Virus record (IMG/VR): IMGVR_UViG_3300003177_000017
Location: 7,165-71,164 of that record
Direction: 5' to 3' (one strand)
Origin: a virus
Length of the DNA: 64,000 nt
Program-made: the position numbers and the translations under genes
The notes under the pieces: generated by a model
Told to the model about the DNA's origin: nothing
Database searches by the model: none
What the model saw: the letters and a program-made list of their open reading frames with translations, nothing else
Shown here: positions 48,604 to 57,048 of the stretch, in pieces
Position numbering within the stretch: the stretch's first letter is position 1
How the letters are laid out: each line of letters opens with the position of its first letter

Positions 48604-49059
48604 TTATTCATCATAAATCCCTAATGCCTTAGCTACTGCAATAATATCTTCTTTGTTTGTCCAGCATAACCCGCGTTTAATTAGTACTCTTTCATACTTA
48701 TAATCAGTAAAAGTATCCTGGGTATACCCATGGCGCGCGCTACTAGTTAAGCTAAAGTATTGTTGATTATATTCTAACTTTTCCACTGGTGGATTAGCTT
48801 TTACTTTTACACCAAATACTGTGATTTCTGTTTTAGCTATTCTGTAACTGTACCCTGTTAAATTCACCCAATTGCTATAAATAGGGCCCTTTCTTTCCCA
48901 ATTGCTAGGGTATCCATTTATTTTATATTCTAATTCAGCACCGTTGATCCAAGCGCGCAGTATTTTTCTATTGTCTATAATTTCTTTCAAATCTAAAATA
49001 TTTAATTTGTTATCATCTAAGGATAAGTATATTTTTGCTTGCTCTTTTGTGATTTTCAT
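48604..49059 (-). CDS. Hypothetical protein
   Basis: 151-aa ORF; AW..GA..EY...W...YR pattern. Confidence 0.6.
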   Translation of the reverse strand: MKITKEQAKIYLSLDDNKLNILDLKEIIDNRKILRAWINGAELEYKINGYPSNWERKGPIYSNWVNLTGYSYRIAKTEITVFGVKVKANPPVEKLEYNQQYFSLTSSARHGYTQDTFTDYKYERVLIKRGLCWTNKEDIIAVAKALGIYDE

Positions 49060-49559
49060 TAGCTCACCCCAAATATTAATCTAATCTCTTTCTGCATGTT
49101 CTCTAACACCCACGCAATAGCTTCTTCACTTGTAGTGTACAAAGCCAATTCAGTATGTTGTGTTAGCACATACCATTCACAATCAAATACCTTTCTATTA
49201 TACTTATAAGCAAAGTAGTATTTCCTTTGGCGGTTGTTAGACCAATCAACTTCTTCTTGTTCAAGTTCCCTAAGCTTGTCAATAACAGCTTGTTTAGCAA
49301 CCATCTTATTATTAACTAATTCAGCCTCCTCTTTTGTTTTAAATACATTGCCTCTAGCGAATCTACGTTTATCAATAGTGTGATTAGCCCAAGTATCTAA
49401 AATATACACCCCCATACTATCCATGAAATAATATTTACCGCCAAACTCAGGTTTCCATCTACCTTTCTTAATTGGTTTAGTTTTACTAATAGGTGCATAA
49501 CCAGCTGTTAATAGGTCTGATTCACTTATTTGTACATTATTTATTTTTACTGTTTTCAT
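49059..49559 (-). CDS. Hypothetical protein, paralog A
   Basis: RBS GGAG before ATG 49559; RWKP..G..Y, GNVFKT.EEA. Confidence 0.65.
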   Translation of the reverse strand: MKTVKINNVQISESDLLTAGYAPISKTKPIKKGRWKPEFGGKYYFMDSMGVYILDTWANHTIDKRRFARGNVFKTKEEAELVNNKMVAKQAVIDKLRELEQEEVDWSNNRQRKYYFAYKYNRKVFDCEWYVLTQHTELALYTTSEEAIAWVLENMQKEIRLIFGVS

Positions 49560-49638
49560 TAGTTTATTCTCCAATAAGTCAATTTTATTGCCCATAACTC
49601 TGTACCAGTTATGGGTTTCATATCTAGCATTTTCATTA

Positions 49639-49959
49639 TTATTCCTCTAGTTCTACTTTACGTAGTATATAACCGTTTGGTTCACAAAAACCAGTTTCCC
49701 AATCTTCTGTCATATTAATATAGTCCAATTCATATACTCCATCATCAACTTGTTGTAAATTATCTATTAATGATAACAAGTCAATTTCCTCGCAGATTTC
49801 ATCATTGAGCAAGTCATGTCCTTTTGACTTTCTTTTTAGTGTAGTTAGTACTTTTGCATAAAAGTATTCATTGCCTCTTTTGAATGTTTTTGTTTTGAGT
49901 CTTACTATTGTTCTGTTATTATCGTGTGGTGTTTCTACTCCCAAGGTTAGTGGCTTCAT
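49639..49959 (-). CDS. Conserved phage hypothetical protein
   Basis: LKRKS.G...L, DG.YEL, DWETG. Confidence 0.6.
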   Translation of the reverse strand: MKPLTLGVETPHDNNRTIVRLKTKTFKRGNEYFYAKVLTTLKRKSKGHDLLNDEICEEIDLLSLIDNLQQVDDGVYELDYINMTEDWETGFCEPNGYILRKVELEE

Positions 49960-50459
49960 TAGCTCACCCCAAATATCAGTTTAAGTTCGGCTTGCATGTT
50001 CTCTAACACCCACGCAATAGCTTCTTCACTTGTAGTGTACAAAATTGATTCAGGGTATTGTGTTAGCACATACCAATCAATTTTAAATTTGTGAGTATGA
50101 TGATCATAACTAAAGAAATATTTCCTTTGCGTGCTATTAGACCAATCAATTTCCTTTCGCTCAAGTTCCCTAAGCTTGTCAATAACAGCTTGTTTAGCAA
50201 CCATCTTATTATTAACTAATTCAGCTTCTGATTCTGTTTTAAAGACATTACCTCTAGCAAACCGGTGAATATCGATAGGGTGTGCATCCCATATATCTTG
50301 ATTTAGTATACCACTTGCACTAATGCGCCAATAAATATCACCAAACCCAGGTTTCCATCTACCTTTCTTAATTGGTTTAGTTTTACTAATAGGAGCATAA
50401 CCAGCTGCTAGTAAATCTTCTTCACTTATTTGTACATCGTTAATTGTGATTGTTTTCAT
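49959..50459 (-). CDS. Hypothetical protein, paralog B
   Basis: Collinear with 49059-49559 at an exact 900-bp offset. Confidence 0.65.
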   Translation of the reverse strand: MKTITINDVQISEEDLLAAGYAPISKTKPIKKGRWKPGFGDIYWRISASGILNQDIWDAHPIDIHRFARGNVFKTESEAELVNNKMVAKQAVIDKLRELERKEIDWSNSTQRKYFFSYDHHTHKFKIDWYVLTQYPESILYTTSEEAIAWVLENMQAELKLIFGVS

Positions 50460-50545
50460 AATATATTTCTCTTTTAATTTATGTTGTTTATCAATTTCTA
50501 TACTTTTCAATAACTGACTAACATACGGCTTTGGTAGGTGAGTTC

Positions 50546-50752
50546 TCATACCTTTGACCCCCCGACAGATAATAGGGTATCAACATCGCGTAAATGACTA
50601 GACGTATCACTATGACTTTTTGCAAGCTCTAAAGCAATCATAGAGCCTTGGGGTATTTCTAAGTTAGCGATAGCATAACAATTGGCTTTAGTTGTGCTAG
50701 GCTCTAAGGTTTGTGCAAACTTAATCATTGCATTTTTGGTTTTAGGTAGCAT
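50546..50752 (-). CDS. Hypothetical protein
   Basis: 68-aa ORF with RBS. Confidence 0.45.
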   Translation of the reverse strand: MLPKTKNAMIKFAQTLEPSTTKANCYAIANLEIPQGSMIALELAKSHSDTSSHLRDVDTLLSVGGSKV

Positions 50753-50924
50753 GGTTATTCCTTAAATCTTTGAGTGTTACTTTAGTGAATCCTGAAGGTG
50801 TTTTTAGCCACATCCCGTAAATATCTTCATAGACAACCCCCGTGTAGTCTGCCAAATACCAGCCGTTATCACCAACATCCCAGTAACATTTACGTTTAAA
50901 TGCCCTCAGTTTAGTTACCCTCAT
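50742..50924 (-). CDS. Hypothetical protein
   Basis: 60-aa ORF after leader motif. Confidence 0.5.
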   Translation of the reverse strand: MRVTKLRAFKRKCYWDVGDNGWYLADYTGVVYEDIYGMWLKTPSGFTKVTLKDLRNNHAT

Positions 50925-50985
50925 AATATATTACTCTTTAAGTTGTGTTGTTGTTTATCAATTTATGTATACAATAAGAATGTAA

Positions 50986-51360
50986 CTAGATGTTACTCAT
51001 ATCAACAACTTCACCAAATGAATCTTCGAAATAAGTTTCGTTACTATTTTCGTCATATTTGTTTTTATACCAATAACCTCTAGAATTTTCAAAATAAGTA
51101 ACATTACCATTTTCGTCAAATATACGTTTATGCCAATAACCATCAGAATTTTCTAAATAAATTTCATCTACACTTTTCTTCGCATCTCTAACACGAGAAT
51201 CATTATTTAATATCTGTTGTTTCGAAACGAATTCTCTTTCGCATTCATTACATACGGAATATTCCATTGAGATCGATAATACTGATCCTTTATAGGAAAT
51301 ACTTTCAATATCATCTAATTGTCTAATACTTTCTGATTTACATATTTTGCAATTGGTCAT
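50986..51360 (-). CDS. MqsA/YgiT-type zinc finger fused to YFENS.GYW repeats
   Basis: CKIC...YKG...CNEC..EF...Q...ND then three ~21-aa repeats; no HTH. Confidence 0.72.
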   Translation of the reverse strand: MTNCKICKSESIRQLDDIESISYKGSVLSISMEYSVCNECEREFVSKQQILNNDSRVRDAKKSVDEIYLENSDGYWHKRIFDENGNVTYFENSRGYWYKNKYDENSNETYFEDSFGEVVDMSNI

Positions 51361-51461
51361 ATAAACTCTTCAAGTTATGTTGTTGTTTATCAATTTATGC
51401 ATACTAAAAGAATGATAAACTAATACTTCATTATTTTGTAATTTATACGTAAATTTAGTCA

Positions 51462-51641
51462 TTATCTATCACATTCAGCTAATATCTGTTTATGTATTTC
51501 AGGTGATAATGTGTTGAGAAACGGTTCAAGTGCTGAAATCAAGTCTACTATTTTATCTTCTCGTTCTTGACAACGTTTCTCGACATTCGCCATTTGTGTT
51601 CGTAACATTTTTATTTGTTGTCTTAATTCAATTTTATTCAT
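51462..51641 (-). CDS. Small coiled-coil protein (59 aa; not in ORF track)
   Basis: MNKIELRQQIK...ECDR*; start overlaps previous stop. Confidence 0.5.
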   Translation of the reverse strand: MNKIELRQQIKMLRTQMANVEKRCQEREDKIVDLISALEPFLNTLSPEIHKQILAECDR

Positions 51642-52200
51642 TTTTGTTTTCCCATTTTAAAAATAATTCGTTTAATTCATCTTTCATTACTGACTCTGCT
51701 ACTGACCATGATGCTGCCCGTGCTAACCATGTTACTGACTCTGCTAACTGTGATGCTGCCCATGCTGCTGACTCTGCTGACTCTGCTGCCCATGCAGCTG
51801 ACCGTACAGCTGACCATGCTGACTCTGCCGCTGACTCTGCTGACTCTGCTAACTCTGCCGCTAACTCTAATTCTTTCTTTGTTATTTTTTTATTTATAAA
51901 ATCCTTTTTAGCTTGTATAGCTAGTCGCGGTCTTTTGTCATCAGGATAAATACTTTCAAAATTATGTAAACATGACATCGCCCAATCACAACCAAGTAGA
52001 TTTAAATCATCTTTTTGATTTTGACTGAACTCTGAATACGAAACAGAAATAAGCCACCAAATATCAGACCACCTATTTGAATCTAAAGCTTGTGATAGTG
52101 TAACAATATTATCGCCATGTGCTTGTTTAAATGTTTTTATAAAACTATTTGAACAAGAAGGTAGTTTTTTTAATTCTTTTATATCTAATGTTGTTTTCAT
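51634..52200 (-). CDS. Phage protein with Ala-rich AESA repeats
   Basis: D..WL, FE..YP.D.RPR.AI motif then AAESAAW repeats. Confidence 0.65.
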   Translation of the reverse strand: MKTTLDIKELKKLPSCSNSFIKTFKQAHGDNIVTLSQALDSNRWSDIWWLISVSYSEFSQNQKDDLNLLGCDWAMSCLHNFESIYPDDKRPRLAIQAKKDFINKKITKKELELAAELAESAESAAESAWSAVRSAAWAAESAESAAWAASQLAESVTWLARAASWSVAESVMKDELNELFLKWENKNE

Positions 52201-52766
52201 TATTTATCCCATCCTTCAGGTTTATACTTGTTTAACCAATTAATAAACTTCTCAGCAGCCCAGGGGTGCATATAGATATTTGAGGTTTCATAATATCTTG
52301 ATGTTGTAGCTACCCATTCTTTACTGTGTGTACTGTATCCTACGTAACAATTTTCTGATCCTTCTGCAAAGTTATAACCATCAGCAAATTCTAAAGCTTT
52401 ACGAGTGAACCAAATATTTGAGTATAAATGCTTACCAACTAACAAAGCTTCTTCTTGAGGCATAGCTAAGTTTGCTTTATTTAGGTTTTTTACATTTTCT
52501 GCTGATGTCCATAAATAGGCAATAATTTTACCTGTATAATTGAAGTCCGGTGTGAAACATTTTCTGCTAACACGAGGAAACATCGGCTTCTCTGGTGCTA
52601 GTAATTCTTTCTTTAATTCTGCTAACTCTTTTTCTAGTTGTTCAATTTTTTGTATTGGTTTCATTTCCTTCTCCAGTTCAGTTTCTTGCCAAGTGTTGTT
52701 TTTAGAAAATCCACTATGTGTGTCTAGCCAAGGGCATAGTGGTGTCTCAAAGTCATCATTCATCAT
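52200..52766 (-). CDS. Hypothetical protein
   Basis: 188-aa ORF with short coiled coil. Confidence 0.55.
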   Translation of the reverse strand: MMNDDFETPLCPWLDTHSGFSKNNTWQETELEKEMKPIQKIEQLEKELAELKKELLAPEKPMFPRVSRKCFTPDFNYTGKIIAYLWTSAENVKNLNKANLAMPQEEALLVGKHLYSNIWFTRKALEFADGYNFAEGSENCYVGYSTHSKEWVATTSRYYETSNIYMHPWAAEKFINWLNKYKPEGWDK

Positions 52767-53101
52767 TTTATATGCCCCAAATCAATCATCTTCTGATTAA
52801 CAGATACCCCATCACCTTTTAAATAAACTGTACCTAGCCAACGATATTTACCAAACTTGTTAGATTTAATAAGTACATCTTTACCGTCTACAAAATCTTT
52901 CATAGCAGCAGTAGCCAGCAAACCTAAACGCTTCTCTTCAGCAGATTTAGGTCTATAAGTTTCAGGAGAATCATAATCAAGCATTCTAAAACGTACTTTA
53001 GTAAAGATGTTAAATCCTAAGTCAACTATTGCATCAATAGTGTCTCCGTCTACAACACGAGTTACTTTTGCATTAAAAGTGTAATTGTTTCTAAGTTTCA
53101 T
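52763..53101 (-). CDS. Thermonuclease (SNase-like)
   Basis: RVVDGDT, R...D.PE, GKY.W. Confidence 0.88.
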   Translation of the reverse strand: MKLRNNYTFNAKVTRVVDGDTIDAIVDLGFNIFTKVRFRMLDYDSPETYRPKSAEEKRLGLLATAAMKDFVDGKDVLIKSNKFGKYRWLGTVYLKGDGVSVNQKMIDLGHIK

Positions 53102-53151
53102 AATTTATCCCTGATAAAGAAATTTCTTAAAAATTTCTGCTACTAAACTGT

Positions 53152-53262
53152 TTATTTGCTTTTGTCAGGTATATCGTCCATCAGCTGCAAGCAATCGCCT
53201 AAGTGCAAAATAGGCTTAACAAAATGGTCAACTTGACATTCATTACGCTGGGCTTCATTCAT
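53152..53262 (-). pseudogene. DNA methyltransferase N-terminal remnant with attC-encoded leader
   Basis: MNEAQRNECQVDHFVKPILHLGDCLQLMDDIPDKSK*. Confidence 0.65.
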
Positions 53263-53273
53263 TGCAAGTTATC
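53214..53273 (+). mobile_element. attC-like site lacking R'
   Basis: R'' GCTTAAC-aaaat-L'' GGTCAACT tgac...gca L' AGTTATC. Confidence 0.65.
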
Positions 53274-53396
53274 TTCACCATCTAATTCAGATTGTAAATC
53301 GTCATAATCAGGTTCTTCACCATCTAATTCAGATTGTAAATCGTCATAATCAGGTTCTTCATCATAAAACTTTTTATAAAATTCAAGATCTTTCAT
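53259..53396 (-). CDS. Acidic 45-aa peptide with 42-nt tandem duplication (not in ORF track)
   Basis: MKDLEFYKKFYD(EEPDYDDLQSELDG)x2EDNLQ. Confidence 0.5.
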   Translation of the reverse strand: MKDLEFYKKFYDEEPDYDDLQSELDGEEPDYDDLQSELDGEDNLQ

Positions 53397-53556
53397 TAGC
53401 TTACACCTTCATTAAAATCAATTGTCATCTGGGTCATTCATATTATCTAAAGGTTTAAATTTTAAATACACTACTTTTTCTAACCATTTTTTAACTTTCA
53501 TTTTATTTCCAATTATTTTTTCTTAAATGACAGGCGAAATTACCCACAATTATAAC

Positions 53557-54099
53557 TTATAAAAAACTACCTAATTCTACTTTCTGATGATCTTGTTTCT
53601 TTATTATTTTATCATCATATTTTCTATGTATAGTAAATGCAGCATTTAATTTATATAAATCTTCAAGTTCTAAATCCTCTGATATATCATCTACATCGTC
53701 ATCGACAGTACAGTGAATAAAGTGTTCTACCCCAGTTTCGTTTAATTCCTTATTATACAAAACCGCTTCGGTAAGTTCTGCGCCATCATAGAATTTTAAA
53801 TTGTTATTTTCTAATACTGCATTGATTGCACCAGTGTAATCTTTTACGCCTAATAAATAAGCAAATCCAGAAATAGTCACATCTAAATCACATGCAGCAT
53901 CCAATGCTTCTAAATCATCATATAATTCTACTGCGTCTATTGCTTCAATTAATTCTTCCTGAATTCTTAATAATTGATTAAGCAATATTTCTTTCCTTTG
54001 TTCTTTGTTCTCTGGTGTATTATCTGGTGGATTTTTTCCACACATACTATTCCATATAGATACTCGCTCAAATGTTGTATTGTTTTCTAACTCAGTCAT
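53557..54099 (-). CDS. MazG/PRA-PH-like nucleotide pyrophosphohydrolase
   Basis: IQEEL.E...E.LDA..DL, V..NN..K, D.KI.K. Confidence 0.8.
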   Translation of the reverse strand: MTELENNTTFERVSIWNSMCGKNPPDNTPENKEQRKEILLNQLLRIQEELIEAIDAVELYDDLEALDAACDLDVTISGFAYLLGVKDYTGAINAVLENNNLKFYDGAELTEAVLYNKELNETGVEHFIHCTVDDDVDDISEDLELEDLYKLNAAFTIHRKYDDKIIKKQDHQKVELGSFL

Positions 54100-54107
54100 T
54101 TTGTCTC

Positions 54108-54371
54108 CTAATAATATACATACAAAAATTCATTTTCTTCTATCTGTATAGCTTCAAACAGATTTATGTTATACCAATAATTATTATAATCATCCCACCC
54201 AACTTTAGATCCGGTTGCGGCAATAAAAAATGTACATACCCCATTAATAGGGGAATATATAATTTCAGTTACTAAATCTCCAAACATTTCTACTGCACAA
54301 TCATGTGCCTGTTCTGTTACAGATGAAAATTCTGAACTAACCGCTACTGATTTTAAGCTTACATTTGACAT
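54108..54371 (-). CDS. Hypothetical protein
   Basis: SPING..TFFI...GSK.GW. Confidence 0.55.
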   Translation of the reverse strand: MSNVSLKSVAVSSEFSSVTEQAHDCAVEMFGDLVTEIIYSPINGVCTFFIAATGSKVGWDDYNNYWYNINLFEAIQIEENEFLYVYY

Positions 54372-54385
54372 TATTTTTCCTAATT

Positions 54386-54423
54386 TTTAGTTATGTTTAG
54401 TTATGTTTAGTTATGTTTAGTTA
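54386..54423. repeat. 10-bp tandem repeat
   Basis: (ttatgtttag)x3 plus partial copies directly after gp62 stop. Confidence 0.85.
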
Positions 54424-54846
54424 AGTTTTTATTCGGTTGCGCTCTTTAAGTGTTTTCATTATTTCAGCAATTTCTTTGTCTGTCAACACATAAATCATTT
54501 CTTTTACTATTTTTTTACTGAAATACTTCATTAACTCAATATCTTTAGATTTTTTTATATATTTTGACCGTGATGTTACCTTTGGCATCATAATTAAATA
54601 TATCAAATGTTGCATTTCTTTTGGTAATTCGCTTAGCTTATTTAGTTCTCCAGCATACAACACTGATCCTAAGTTTTGCCCTAATATGTTATTTATTGTA
54701 TAACAATCATATAATTTTAGCAAAGGATCAACTGTTCTTAAATCTATATTTGATAATATTTTATTCACTGCATCAAAAATATTAAGTGATTTCTCTTTAA
54801 CTCCGTCTTTGTGTTGTTCAGTTATATTCCCCCAAAGATCAATCAT
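54421..54846 (-). CDS. Clamp loader small subunit (T4 gp62-like)
   Basis: Follows gp44; IN..L......YA.E.N and Q motifs. Confidence 0.72.
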   Translation of the reverse strand: MIDLWGNITEQHKDGVKEKSLNIFDAVNKILSNIDLRTVDPLLKLYDCYTINNILGQNLGSVLYAGELNKLSELPKEMQHLIYLIMMPKVTSRSKYIKKSKDIELMKYFSKKIVKEMIYVLTDKEIAEIMKTLKERNRIKT

Positions 54847-55741
54847 TCATAATACCTACTAACGCTGACAATAAGTTTAATTCTCTGTTAGGAACACTAG
54901 AATCAAACTTCTGTGCTTCAGCAATACTCACAACAAATTGAATTAATTTCTCTCCTTGCAGATATTTTTCTACGTTGTTATAACATTCTGAGTAAACTGA
55001 GTCTATATTACAATCAGCTACCCATTGTTTAATTTTTACAAAATTTTTATTTTGTAATATAGTAAACAGATCTTTAATATCTGATCCTTGTTCTGATCCT
55101 AGAGATAATTTTTGTGATGTAATATTTTTTTGAAGTTCATTTAATATTCTTCGTTGATCTGGATAATATTTTTTCACTAATTTAATTATATCATTTGGAT
55201 CATTATTAACCTTTTCAATATTTAAAATATTTAAACACAATCTAGCAAAATCTTGAGCGAGTTCATTCGTTTTATTTTTAGGAATATTAAAATCAAATGT
55301 AGCACATCTTGAGTGCAAAGCTGGAATAACTTTATCAGGATAATTGCATGTTAATATAAACCTAACATCATCATGTTGTTCCATAAAATTTCTTAGTCCT
55401 TGCTGCACGGCTTTAGTTAATCCATCACATTCATCAATAAATATCAGTTTTAATTTAGCACCAGATAACGATACACATGATGTAAAATCTCCAAGTTCCC
55501 TTAATGTTTCAATGTTAAGTGTACCATTTGAACCATTAAATTCTAAATGTTCACAATCTAATTCATTAATTAATATTTTTGATACTGTAGTCTTTCCTGT
55601 ACCGGCAGAACCGCTAAATAATAAATTAGGAATATTATTTATTTTTATATATTCGTTGAATTTTTCTTTAAATTCTGTTGGTAATATACAAACAGTCATG
55701 TTGTGTGGTCTGTACTTATAAGTAAATAATTTATTTAGCAT
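54839..55741 (-). CDS. Clamp loader ATPase (T4 gp44-like)
   Basis: KYRP, GSAGTGKT, DECD, FILTCN, L.SRC, PD.R. Confidence 0.93.
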   Translation of the reverse strand: MLNKLFTYKYRPHNMTVCILPTEFKEKFNEYIKINNIPNLLFSGSAGTGKTTVSKILINELDCEHLEFNGSNGTLNIETLRELGDFTSCVSLSGAKLKLIFIDECDGLTKAVQQGLRNFMEQHDDVRFILTCNYPDKVIPALHSRCATFDFNIPKNKTNELAQDFARLCLNILNIEKVNNDPNDIIKLVKKYYPDQRRILNELQKNITSQKLSLGSEQGSDIKDLFTILQNKNFVKIKQWVADCNIDSVYSECYNNVEKYLQGEKLIQFVVSIAEAQKFDSSVPNRELNLLSALVGIMND

Positions 55742-55742
55742 G

Positions 55743-56554
55743 TTATCCTCTGGTCATTATAAGTTCTTTAATTTTTCCTCTAGCATCTGCTTTACCTGAT
55801 ACAGAACGTTGTACTTCAACCTCATTGATTTTAAAATCTTTATATAATTCTCGTATTGCTGATGTGTTTGAATTGCTAGCTATAACTCTAACCCCACAAT
55901 TAGAAGCCCTAAGCAACCCGTCACGAAGTCTTATCTGGTCAGGCATACAAAAGCCATTCTTTGTGTATTTAAACTCTGTAATCGTGTCTGTCGCACTAAC
56001 ATAAGGTGGATCTGCATATATATAACATCACCTTGTTTTGCATTTTGAATACAAACGCAGGAATCATCAGAACTGAATTTATAATTCAATAATTGAAAAT
56101 AATCATTGAATTCTAAGAGGCTGTTATTATTTTTCTTAATGTTTCCAGAACCGACAGGAGTATTAAAATGTCCTTTTAAATTCTCTCTATATAAACCTTG
56201 AAACCCTGTTCTGTTTAAATATATAAATAACGCAGCAATAGATAATGGATCGGTTGCTGTATTAAATTGATCTCTTAACTGATAATAATTATCTCTACCT
56301 TCTTCCAACAAAGGTAACAAAATATCAATAACTTCATTTGGGAAATTAATAATCATTTTATGTGTTGTGATTAATTTATGATTTAAGTCATTTAAAATAT
56401 AATTATTTGCTTTTACATTTAATGCTACTGCACCAGTACCAACAAAAGGTTCAATAAAGGTTCCTTTTACTTCACCTATAGCATCTAACACATGACTTAG
56501 AATTCTTTGTTTAGATCCTACCCATCTAAGATAAGGGCGTTTATGATCAGACAT
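55743..56554 (-). pseudogene. dam: Dam-family adenine methyltransferase, frameshifted in an AT repeat
   Basis: L.W.G.K, EPFVG.G, YLNR..F.GL.R.N..G.FN.P; deleting one AT at 56016-56024 restores VIYADPPY and joins 55743-55946. Confidence 0.88.
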
Positions 56555-56720
56555 AAAATATTCCTAATATAAATAGCATAATTACTATTGTAGTTCCTGC
56601 TCCGGCTGCGACTATATCTTTTGCTTCTTTGTATCTTACTCCATCAGCACAACAAATAATGATCCCATAGTTTAAAAGAAATAACATACCTAACATAAAT
56701 CCTTTGAATTTAATATTCAT
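56547..56720 (-). CDS. Small two-TM protein (not in ORF track)
   Basis: MNIKFKGFMLGMLFLL...GIFYV*; AGGAGG RBS. Confidence 0.5.
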   Translation of the reverse strand: MNIKFKGFMLGMLFLLNYGIIICCADGVRYKEAKDIVAAGAGTTIVIMLFILGIFYV

Positions 56721-57040
56721 GCTGCCTCCTTAATATTTAAAAATGCTAATACTGTTGCTAAATTAATACTATCTGCTTTATGCCAAGTTTGTTCGTTTAT
56801 AGAACAACACCACTGATTTTCTATAAATTCAATTTTATACGAATTAACTGTATTAATAATTAATTCTAATAAACTAAAATTATGAATAAAATCTAATTCT
56901 TGTTCAATGTTAATAATGTTTTTATTATCACGTTTTATATGTCCAGTTAATGAATTAAATTCTTTGTGTTCTTTGTATTTAATTCCAATTAAATCAATTA
57001 TTGATTTATTAATTTCATAATAATATTCTTTTAATTCCAT
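56717..57040 (-). CDS. Hypothetical protein
   Basis: 107-aa ORF with RBS. Confidence 0.55.
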   Translation of the reverse strand: MELKEYYYEINKSIIDLIGIKYKEHKEFNSLTGHIKRDNKNIINIEQELDFIHNFSLLELIINTVNSYKIEFIENQWCCSINEQTWHKADSINLATVLAFLNIKEAA

Positions 57041-57048
57041 AAATTTTC

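Larger units (their letters stand above)
50482..51396 (-). promoter_or_regulatory. Three copies of 16-bp leader motif AAATTGATAAACAACA
   Basis: 50482-50497, 50949-50964, 51381-51396, each ~20-25 nt upstream of a start codon. Confidence 0.7.

Noticed and set aside
51530-51949. Plus-strand ORFs 51530-51949 and 51708-51899
   Set aside because: Shadow frames of the Ala-rich repeat in 51634-52200; no RBS and against the operon direction.
46561-54423. CRISPR array
   Set aside because: Repeats are not identical units with regular unique spacers; no cas genes.
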